The position numbers and the translations under genes are program-made. Below the pieces are notes generated by a model. It made no database searches, was not told where the DNA came from, and saw only the letters and a program-made list of their open reading frames with translations. Below are positions 8,794-15,963 of a DNA stretch of 29,768 bases, piece by piece. Numbering within the stretch: the first letter of the stretch is position 1; the number at the start of each line of letters is the position of its first letter. The stretch comes from Methanomicrobiales archaeon (lineage in GTDB: Archaea > Halobacteriota > Methanomicrobia > Methanomicrobiales > JACTUA01): assembly GCA_028679035.1 (NCBI GenBank), contig JAJRCL010000101.1, forward strand, positions 1-29,768, read 5' to 3'.

Positions 8794-9667
8794 TATCCCC
8801 CTGTTCTCCTGCATCCCGGCTGAGCATGGCGATGAGCGATCCCCGGGGGACGCCAATGCTTTCTGCGATAGTGTCGCATTTTACCGCCATGAGATAGGCG
8901 ATGGGACGGTTCACGGAAATTTCGGTGAGGGATTCATAATTTGCCATTCCTTTCGCGATGATGAGCGTGGAGTGATCCATCGCCGCGGCCACCGGCCCCG
9001 GAAGAGGTGAGACCGGGATGCCGATGCTTCCGGAACCGGTTGTCAGGATACAATCCACAATAGTGTCCAGACCAAGGGCAACGGCATCGCGGATCGTCGC
9101 ATCGTTCAGGATTGGCGCTCCTTTTACAACGAGAGTTACGTGACTTCCGGTGCGTTTGAGATGTTCGATGAATAACCGGTCAAAAACAATCTCACCACAG
9201 TTATCGGTGAAATACACGATCCGCCCTGCCAGGGATTCCATCGTCCGGGTATCGTCGATAGTGAGCCCCTGTGCAAAGAGATCACGGAAATACCGGGGAA
9301 AGTCCTGCGCGACCTGGTGGCCCTGGACGCCATAATCAAATGCGTTTCCGATGACGCTTGCAAGAACATGATCGGAAAATGTAGTGATCTCACGATATAC
9401 GATTTTCCGGGTTTCCCGGGCGGCAGTCGTATTTTCGATCTTAACCGTGTGGTACGGGTCCTCATTTCCAAGAAGGGTATACGCAAGGTGATGGACCTGG
9501 GTCGCAATAACGGGTGCAGCAAGTTCCGGTACGCGGGATAGTTCTGCAAGCATGTCGGCGCACGCCGCACGTATGGCCTCTGCCTTCATTCTGCGGGCGC
9601 CGGCCAATCTGCATTCCAGTTCGACGCGTGAAAGCAGGCATCCGTGACACCGTGAAGCGAGTTTCAT
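8768..9667 (-). CDS. DUF89/ARMT1-like damage-control metal-dependent phosphatase
   Basis: N-terminal CHGC, GNAFDYG, DNCGE, KGMANYE, VKCD motifs; start refined to ATG 9667. Confidence 0.88.
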   Translation of the reverse strand: MKLASRCHGCLLSRVELECRLAGARRMKAEAIRAACADMLAELSRVPELAAPVIATQVHHLAYTLLGNEDPYHTVKIENTTAARETRKIVYREITTFSDHVLASVIGNAFDYGVQGHQVAQDFPRYFRDLFAQGLTIDDTRTMESLAGRIVYFTDNCGEIVFDRLFIEHLKRTGSHVTLVVKGAPILNDATIRDAVALGLDTIVDCILTTGSGSIGIPVSPLPGPVAAAMDHSTLIIAKGMANYESLTEISVNRPIAYLMAVKCDTIAESIGVPRGSLIAMLSRDAGEQGDITPCHTGQ

Positions 9668-9694
9668 GGAGGATCGAGGATGAAAAGAATTGCA

Positions 9695-9768
9695 TGGGGC
9701 CACCGCGATTTGAACGCGGGTCAGAAGACCCCCAGTCTCCTAGGATGCCCAGGCTACCCTATGGCCCC
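9695..9768 (-). tRNA. trnP: tRNA-Pro(GGG), intronless, CCA not encoded
   Basis: GGGGCCA/TGGCCCC acceptor stem, GGAGA-CTGGGGG-TCTTC anticodon arm, GTTCAAAT T-loop, discriminator A. Confidence 0.95.
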
Positions 9769-9790
9769 CTATTCTAAGTGTCCGGGCTGC

Positions 9791-9813
9791 TTATTTAGCT
9801 TGTTCTGAAAAAA
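9791..9813 (-). promoter_or_regulatory. T6 terminator of the minD unit (A6 at 9808-9813) and TATA-like CTAAATAA (9791-9798) for tRNA-Pro
   Basis: Positions fit: T6 2 nt after the stop at 9816, and TATA-like box about 25 nt before the tRNA. Confidence 0.4.
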
Positions 9814-9815
9814 GG

Positions 9816-10016
9816 TTAGATTTTTAATTTCTTGAATTCTTCAACGTTTCTGGTCAGTTCTTCGAGCTCATTATCGGTTACCTTCATCCTGCTCTGCATC
9901 TGGTCATATTCTCCCAGCAGCTGGCGAATGCGGACCAGCATGACGTACATGACGAAGAGAAGGACAATAATGACGATGCCGAATACGATCAGTAAATAAC
10001 TTTCCCATCCTGGCAT
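9816..10016 (-). CDS. Small single-pass membrane protein with coiled-coil tail, coupled to minD
   Basis: Hydrophobic YLLIVFGIVIIVLLFVMYVMLV followed by heptad-like LLGEYDQMQSRMKVTDNELEELTRNVEEF; TAATG overlap with the minD stop. Confidence 0.8.
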   Translation of the reverse strand: MPGWESYLLIVFGIVIIVLLFVMYVMLVRIRQLLGEYDQMQSRMKVTDNELEELTRNVEEFKKLKI

Positions 10017-10801
10017 TACCGGCTCCCCCTGAAAAGTGCACGCGCAAATCTGTCGATAAATCCGTCTTTCGATTCCTCTGCTTTCTCCTGATATGCATAC
10101 CCTGCAAGGTCGGCCGCGATTCGTTTGATTGCTTTTGAAGCGTCCGATGAGGGGTACCTGATAACGATGGGCGATTTGTACGCAGCTGCCCGGCGGATGT
10201 TGGGATCTTCGGGTATCGTTCCGATAATCTTCACACCGAGCACCTTTTCCATTTTCTGGGCGACGAATTCTGTTTTATCAACGCCGGCGCGATTGAGAAT
10301 TGCCCCATAGGTATGCCCGCCTACCACTTCGGTGAGGATCTTCGTCTTCAGGGCATCGACAAGAGAAGAAAGCTCCGGGTTCACCACGAGAATCACATCA
10401 TCTGCTATCGCGAGCGGTATTACACCGTCCCTGCTGATACCGGCGGGAGCATCGATCAGGAGGTAATCGCACCGCCCGACAAGATCGCGCATCACATCCC
10501 GCAGTCGTTCGGGATTGGATTGCTGGAATCCCTGCAGCGATATGCCACTGGGCACAACCTTGACGCCGCCTGGACCTTCATAGATCGCATCTTTGATATT
10601 CGCTTTCCCGGCAAGGACTTCGTGCAGGGTTGTCTGAACGTCTTCCAGCCCCAGCACAAGCCCGAGATTCGCCATGCCGATATCGGCATCCATGATTATT
10701 GTTTCCTTGCCGAACTGGGCCAGCATGGTGCCGAGGTTCACGGTCACCGTCGTCTTCCCTGTGCCTCCTTTACCGGAAGCGATTGTAAAAACCCGGACCA
10801 T
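10016..10801 (-). CDS. minD: MinD/ParA-family ATPase (archaeal MinD)
   Basis: Deviant Walker A GKGGTGKTT, DADIGMANL, IDAPAG, IIGTIPED; C-terminal amphipathic GFIDRFARALF. Confidence 0.93.
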   Translation of the reverse strand: MVRVFTIASGKGGTGKTTVTVNLGTMLAQFGKETIIMDADIGMANLGLVLGLEDVQTTLHEVLAGKANIKDAIYEGPGGVKVVPSGISLQGFQQSNPERLRDVMRDLVGRCDYLLIDAPAGISRDGVIPLAIADDVILVVNPELSSLVDALKTKILTEVVGGHTYGAILNRAGVDKTEFVAQKMEKVLGVKIIGTIPEDPNIRRAAAYKSPIVIRYPSSDASKAIKRIAADLAGYAYQEKAEESKDGFIDRFARALFRGSR

Positions 10802-10820
10802 TGCGCACCTGTATAAGAGT

Positions 10821-10865
10821 GTATCGTAATTAAATTTATTTAATACTTATTAAAGTATCGTAATT
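10821..10865 (-). promoter_or_regulatory. minD promoter region with 11-bp direct repeats and a palindrome
   Basis: GTATCGTAATT at 10821-10831 and 10855-10865; TTTAATA-CT-TATTAAA at 10839-10854. Confidence 0.55.
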
Positions 10866-10872
10866 GAAAACG

Positions 10873-11439
10873 CTAAAGCCACCAGTCTAATACATTTTTT
10901 ACGTCATCTTCTATTTCTTTCGAGCGGGATTCTGGAATTTTCTGCTGGGCGCGGATAATCCCTACGAGTTCCTGCCCCGGCCGTTTTATGCCAAAGACGC
11001 GGACTCCCTCTTCACCCGTTGAACCTTTGGTGACATAGATATGGGAATAGGTCGCTGCATCTGCCTGGGTGTCTCCCCCATACCCGGTAACAACGAGGCC
11101 GTCACGCGTCGCAACCGTGATCCCGTCCAGTCCATACTTTTCCAGAACTGCACGGATACTTTCGTTGAGGTCGCGTGTGTGAATAACATCGCGATCAGAG
11201 ACTGTTCCCATGCCCTGCTCACTCTTGCGCACGGGCGGGACAGCAGCAGATGCAGGTGCTGAAACCGGACGACCGGCACTCATCACCGGCGGGAGAACCG
11301 TTCCACTCACTTTCATTCGATGATAGATCTTGGCAAGATAGATGGCAATGACACACCCGACAAAAACTGCAAGGGCGATCAAAAGTACCACAATCTGCAG
11401 GAGCATTATGCCAAATGTCACATTATCCATGAAAATCAC
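10873..11439 (-). CDS. Hypothetical protein: N-terminal TM anchor, Pro/Ala linker, roadblock/profilin-like C-terminal domain
   Basis: TM GIMLLQIVVLLIALAVFVGCVIAIYL; LDGITVATRDGLVV resembles the roadblock beta1-DG-beta2 signature. The start may be ATG 11430. The domain call is inference. Confidence 0.7.
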   Translation of the reverse strand: MIFMDNVTFGIMLLQIVVLLIALAVFVGCVIAIYLAKIYHRMKVSGTVLPPVMSAGRPVSAPASAAVPPVRKSEQGMGTVSDRDVIHTRDLNESIRAVLEKYGLDGITVATRDGLVVTGYGGDTQADAATYSHIYVTKGSTGEEGVRVFGIKRPGQELVGIIRAQQKIPESRSKEIEDDVKNVLDWWL

Positions 11440-11444
11440 CGACG

Positions 11445-12065
11445 TTATTTTCCACTTTTCCCTTCCATAAGGTGTCCGAGGTCCAGCCGCTGCACCGTGG
11501 ATTTACAGGTTTTTCGGATCTTTTCGGTCATACTTTCGAGATCCATCCGTTCCAGTGAGGCGAAATCCCTTTTCACGACCCCGTTGAAATCTGATTCCTT
11601 GATATCATCAAGCCAGTCATTTTCCCTGCATTCCCGGTCTGGTGATCGGGAGCTCTTTTCCGGTACGGTCCGGACTGGTTTTGCCGGTTGAGGTAGCATA
11701 TCCGCGACGACCGGTGCTGGCACAACGGCCTTTCCGAAGGTAACGCTTGATCGCTTTGAATCCTGGATGATATACTGTTTGTTGAACTCTTCCGCAAGGT
11801 TGAGCTGGACCGGGTTCAGATCCGAGAGCTCGACGGTAAGACTGTGCTGCATGAAAGCCCGGATTTCGTTCAATGCATCATCTCCGCGAAACACCTGGTG
11901 TTCGGCGAGCATGACCCGGCCTTTATTCAGGACAAGGATGGAAGTTCCCTTTCCCCAGGACAGAGTACAGGAGCCGCTGAACTGGAGAGTCTCCAGTTCC
12001 TGCAGCAGGTCCGAGACATTTTGTTCTTTTTTTATTGAGCGAAATGTCCCCCGCGGGAGTTGCAT
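11445..12065 (-). CDS. Hypothetical protein, DUF2226/PATAN-like N-terminal domain
   Basis: MQLPRG..., DLLQEL...FSGSCTL...ILVLNKGRVMLA...GDDAL pattern resembles PATAN/DUF4388; low-complexity linker and acidic helical C-terminus. Confidence 0.65.
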   Translation of the reverse strand: MQLPRGTFRSIKKEQNVSDLLQELETLQFSGSCTLSWGKGTSILVLNKGRVMLAEHQVFRGDDALNEIRAFMQHSLTVELSDLNPVQLNLAEEFNKQYIIQDSKRSSVTFGKAVVPAPVVADMLPQPAKPVRTVPEKSSRSPDRECRENDWLDDIKESDFNGVVKRDFASLERMDLESMTEKIRKTCKSTVQRLDLGHLMEGKSGK

Positions 12066-12091
12066 TATAACAAATAAAATGTTTCCAAATC

Positions 12092-12097
12092 TTATAA
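12092..12097 (-). promoter_or_regulatory. TATA-like TTATAA for the leftward (PATAN-like) operon
   Basis: About 27 nt upstream of ATG 12065 in AT-rich DNA. Confidence 0.4.
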
Positions 12098-12341
12098 TTT
12101 TATTGGTATGATGTTTATGGAAAGTAGAAAATTTTATAATATGGATTTACAAAATGTGCATTGGCTCCGTTAGCCCGTCTCAGAAATAGTACATACAAAT
12201 GTGTGGCAAATCCATTCCACCGGAACAACAAAAACGCACCCGCTCAGGTATCATTTGAACCTAATTCATACCCATTATCACCCAAATGAGCAGCAATTTT
12301 GGTCTTGGGCGATTTAAATGTCACAGAAAAAAATAAATAAG

Positions 12342-12366
12342 TTTATATAGTTAAAATATAGTTAAA
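12342..12366 (+). promoter_or_regulatory. TATA box TTTATATA (12342-12349) with tandem ATATAGTTAAA x2 (12345-12366)
   Basis: A-rich BRE-like segment upstream; about 40 nt before ATG 12390. Confidence 0.6.
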
Positions 12367-12389
12367 GTGTGTACTGGAGAAAATCAGGA

Positions 12390-12773
12390 ATGGCTGCACG
12401 GAAGACCCCCCAGGAACTTTCTGGGATCATTGATGAAGTCCGATCTATTCAGGGCGTTTCAGTATGTGCCTTCATCTCAAAAACTGGTACACCGCTGGCG
12501 AGTTATTTCCCGGGAAACGAATCGGGCAACGCTTTGCTCTCCCTGGTAGGGGTGATGTGTGCAACCGTGATTTCCTCCGCTGAAGGTGTGGCAAGCATCG
12601 TCGATGTTGCGTCTCCCCACCTCATCATCGCCCGTTCCACGGACGCAACAATCGTCATCACCAGTGCAGGAGATGCCGCGTACCTTATTGCTATCCTTAA
12701 GGATGAAAATGAGGAAGGGATCGCAACAGAAAGAATTCATGCCATTGCAGAAAGAATCGGGAGCGTGATTTAG
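12390..12773 (+). CDS. Roadblock/LC7 (MglB-like) domain protein
   Basis: Helix-GVSVCAFISKTGTPLA-long helix-three strands-helix topology; start refined to ATG 12390. Confidence 0.8.
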   Translation: MAARKTPQELSGIIDEVRSIQGVSVCAFISKTGTPLASYFPGNESGNALLSLVGVMCATVISSAEGVASIVDVASPHLIIARSTDATIVITSAGDAAYLIAILKDENEEGIATERIHAIAERIGSVI

Positions 12774-13409
12774 ATGTACACCATACTCGTCGTTGACGAC
12801 AGCCCATTCATTGTAGACGTCTTTGTGACTATGCTCGAGCGCGGCGGTTATCGTGCCATCGCATCCTACAGCGGCCAGGAGGCACTCGATATCCTGAAGG
12901 ATGTCACACCAGACCTCATCCTCCTCGACATCATGATGGAGCCCATGGACGGCTGGGAGACGCTTGAACATATCAAGAACACCGCGGAAACCAAGGAAAT
13001 TCCGGTACTGATGCTCACGGCAAAGCAGCTCACGCCGGATGAGGCACAGGAGTACGGCTCATATATCGAGGATTACGTCCTTAAGCCAATCACCCACCGG
13101 GAGCTGTACGATACCATCGAGCATGTTCTGAACCGGAAAAATACCATCAAGCTCGATATCGAAGCGGCGAAGAAAGCAGGTTTTGACCAGAAACTCGTGG
13201 AAGAGTACGGTCGCCTTTCCAAGAATGTCGACGTGAACAAGCGACTGCTCAAGATACTGGAAACCACCTATGACCTCCATGATTCCAAGATAAAAGTGAG
13301 TGAAAAGATATCCCACGCCATCAAGAACATGGCGTCTGCCATCAAAGGACAGGAAGACCGTCTGGATTCAATACGAAATGATCTGGGACGCGTTCTGGAA
13401 GAGAAATAA
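12774..13409 (+). CDS. Response-regulator receiver protein with helical C-terminal extension
   Basis: ILVVDDS, PDLILLDIMM.PMDG (phospho-Asp), LMLTAK, YVLKP; about 90-aa helical tail with no HTH recognised. Confidence 0.92.
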   Translation: MYTILVVDDSPFIVDVFVTMLERGGYRAIASYSGQEALDILKDVTPDLILLDIMMEPMDGWETLEHIKNTAETKEIPVLMLTAKQLTPDEAQEYGSYIEDYVLKPITHRELYDTIEHVLNRKNTIKLDIEAAKKAGFDQKLVEEYGRLSKNVDVNKRLLKILETTYDLHDSKIKVSEKISHAIKNMASAIKGQEDRLDSIRNDLGRVLEEK

Positions 13410-13420
13410 AATCGCTTCTC

Positions 13421-13861
13421 CTATTCTTTCCTTCTCTCCGGTTCTTCCTCTTCTTTTCCGATGTAAATGATGGCGATCGTCAGGGTCGCGATAACCGCAA
13501 CGGTCGAGAGAATATCAAGGGGATCCACGGGCTCCACACCGAATACCAGGACGCGCCGGATCATCGCGGTAAGTCCGGCAATAAGGAGGGGACGAACCGG
13601 AATCCTGCTGGTACGGAAATAAATGGTAACGGTTTCCAGGAGTTCGAGAATAATAATCGTGACCAGCAGCGCGTGCAGTACGCTGATGATCCCACCCGTA
13701 ATCCCGGTTCCGGCGAGAATGGCCAGCATCTCGGAAAAGACCTGCACAAAAGATATCAACGCGAGTGCTGCGAGGACAAATGCGATTACCACGTAGATGA
13801 CCATCGTTGCTGCGGTGATGGTGGAAATAACCAGTCCAAACCGGTTCTCTTTTTTCTCCAC
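13421..13861 (-). CDS. PsiE-like (phosphate-starvation-inducible E family) 4-TM membrane protein
   Basis: Four TM helices; IILELLETV..YF...RI.VRP.LIAGL.A.IRR.L motif. Confidence 0.8.
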   Translation of the reverse strand: MEKKENRFGLVISTITAATMVIYVVIAFVLAALALISFVQVFSEMLAILAGTGITGGIISVLHALLVTIIILELLETVTIYFRTSRIPVRPLLIAGLTAMIRRVLVFGVEPVDPLDILSTVAVIATLTIAIIYIGKEEEEPERRKE

Positions 13862-13930
13862 GTCACATCTCCCTTTAATTGTTCCCGCAGCAGGTCCGGG
13901 TAAGGACCAGATTGCAAACTAACTATATAT

Positions 13931-13948
13931 CGAAAGAAACTTTATATA
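13931..13948 (+). promoter_or_regulatory. BRE/TATA promoter upstream of tRNA-Lys
   Basis: CGAAAGAAAC followed by TTTATATA (13941-13948), 42 nt before the tRNA. Confidence 0.7.
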
Positions 13949-13990
13949 CTTTTCCCGCACTGTATTAATGCCAAATCGAAATTGGGCGGA

Positions 13991-14064
13991 GGGCCCGTAG
14001 CTCAGCCAGGTAGAGCGTCTGGCTTTTAACCAGATGGCCGGGGGTTCAAATCCCCCCGGGCCCG
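13991..14064 (+). tRNA. trnK: tRNA-Lys(UUU), intronless, CCA not encoded
   Basis: GGGCCCG/CGGGCCC acceptor, TCTGG-CTTTTAA-CCAGA anticodon arm, GGGGG-TTCAAAT-CCCCC T arm. Confidence 0.97.
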
Positions 14065-14130
14065 CTGCCGCGCCAGAACTATGGTTTTTTGCGCCGGTGA
14101 TGAATTGGAACATAACTCCTTCGTGAGGGG

Positions 14131-14388
14131 ATGAAGATGGGCACCCCATTAAACGTACTTGAACATGTGATGGTTCCGGAACATCATATCATGAGTGAGG
14201 AGGAGATCAAGCAACTTTTCTCCACCTACAAAATCACTACCGAGCAGCTTCCTAAGATGTACCACGATGATCCCACGGCAAAAATGATCAAGGCAAAGTC
14301 AGGGGATATTATTCGTATCATTCGCATCAGTCAGACGGCGGGAAGGGCAGAATCCTACCGTCATGTGATTAAGAGATCAAAAAAGTAA
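14131..14388 (+). CDS. rpoH: RNA polymerase subunit H (Rpo5)
   Basis: H.MVPEH.IMSEEE, LPK...DDP.AK.I.AK.GDIIRI.R.S.TAG...YR.V; the start may be 14137. Confidence 0.97.
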   Translation: MKMGTPLNVLEHVMVPEHHIMSEEEIKQLFSTYKITTEQLPKMYHDDPTAKMIKAKSGDIIRIIRISQTAGRAESYRHVIKRSKK

Positions 14389-14390
14389 GC

Positions 14391-15962
14391 GTGGGGCTGA
14401 TTTCTCTGTTGGACCGAAGTGTATTGTCTAGGGCATATTTTTCTCGCGGGCATGTTGCCCGCCACCAGCTGGATTCCTTCAACTATTTTCTCCAGCATAA
14501 TCTCCAGAAGGTTGTTGATGAACAGTGGAAAATCGAAACAGACATTGAAAGCCGGGGGAAGAGCAATGAACCTGTCTGGGTTGAACTGAAATCGATCCGG
14601 GTGAAGAAACCGGTCGTGCGGGAAGCGGACGGATCCCAGGGGGATCTCTTCCCCAGTGAGGCACGCCTTCGCAACCTGACGTATGCGGCACCGATCGAGC
14701 TGGATATGGTCCTCGTGCAGGGAGGGGACGAGCAGGAACCGGTGCAGGCAACGATCGGGCAACTCCCGATCATGGTCGGTTCAGTCGCATGCAACCTGTA
14801 CGGGCTGTCTGATGCCGAACGGGTCGAACGGGGCGAGGATCCGCTGGACCCGGGTGGCTATTTCATCATTAACGGAACGGAACGGGTCCTCATGACGCTC
14901 GAGGATCTCGCGTCAAACAAGATCATGACCGAGTATACCGAGCGGTACAATGAACGGATCTATGTTGCCAAGGTATTTTCCCAGTACAGGGGGTACCGTG
15001 CACTGGTCGTTGTTGAAAGAAACCGCAAGAACCTCCTGGAGGTCTCATTTCCGTCGGTAGCCGGGCATTTGCGCTTCGTAGATCTGATGCGGGCGCTGGG
15101 GCTGATGAGCGATCATGACGTGGTAAACGCAGTCTCCACCGATGAGGAAATCCTTACCTTCATGATGCAGAATCTTGAGGAAAGCGAGTGCGACTCCGTG
15201 GAATGCGGGATCATGTATGTCGGTAAGAAGCTCGCACCAAACCAGACCCGGGATTACCAGAAAAAACGGGCAGAATTTGTCCTCGACAACTACCTGCTGC
15301 CGCATCTCAACTACCTGATGCCGCCGAACCTCAAGGAAGGAGACGAAGGCTATCGTACGGTGGTGGAAGGAGTGCGCCTTGCCAAGGCCCATTTCCTGGG
15401 CAGGATGGCAGAGGCGTGTTTCGATCTCGTGCTCAACAAACGCCGCATCGATGACAAGGATCACTATTCCAACAAGCGCCTGAAGCTTGCCGGAGACCTG
15501 ATGGAGGATCTCTTCCGTATCTCCCTGAACCGGCTGACCCGTGATATAAAGTACCAGCTGGAGCGTGCAAGCATGCGTCACCGCGAGCTATCCATAGGTA
15601 CCGCAGTGCGTGCAGACGTGCTCACCGAACGCCTTCTGCATCCGCTCGCGACCGGTAACTGGGTCGGAGGCAGGACCGGTGTATCCCAGCTCCTGGACCG
15701 GATCGACCACATGAGCGTGCTTTCACATCTGCGCAGGGTAATCTCTCCCCTGTCCCGGTCCCAGCCCCATTTCGAGGCACGCGATCTGCACCCTACCCAG
15801 TGGGGGAGGATCTGTCCTTCCGAAACGCCAGAAGGTCCGAACTGTGGCCTGGTGAAGAACTTTGCCCAGATGGTGGAGATTAGCAAGGGTGTTGAGGATG
15901 AAGAAGACGTGAAGAGAGTCCTCTACGGCCTGGGTGTAGAAGAATTGCGGGGGGAATCGTAA
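14391..15962 (+). CDS. rpoB2: RNA polymerase subunit B'' (Rpo2N)
   Basis: [57 protein letters not shown]. Confidence 0.98.
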   Translation: MGLISLLDRSVLSRAYFSRGHVARHQLDSFNYFLQHNLQKVVDEQWKIETDIESRGKSNEPVWVELKSIRVKKPVVREADGSQGDLFPSEARLRNLTYAAPIELDMVLVQGGDEQEPVQATIGQLPIMVGSVACNLYGLSDAERVERGEDPLDPGGYFIINGTERVLMTLEDLASNKIMTEYTERYNERIYVAKVFSQYRGYRALVVVERNRKNLLEVSFPSVAGHLRFVDLMRALGLMSDHDVVNAVSTDEEILTFMMQNLEESECDSVECGIMYVGKKLAPNQTRDYQKKRAEFVLDNYLLPHLNYLMPPNLKEGDEGYRTVVEGVRLAKAHFLGRMAEACFDLVLNKRRIDDKDHYSNKRLKLAGDLMEDLFRISLNRLTRDIKYQLERASMRHRELSIGTAVRADVLTERLLHPLATGNWVGGRTGVSQLLDRIDHMSVLSHLRRVISPLSRSQPHFEARDLHPTQWGRICPSETPEGPNCGLVKNFAQMVEISKGVEDEEDVKRVLYGLGVEELRGES

Positions 15963-15963
15963 C

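Noticed and set aside
9695-9815. tRNA-Pro or tRNA-Lys as an integration site for a mobile element
   Set aside because: No integrase, no duplicated tRNA 3' end and no transposase anywhere in the window
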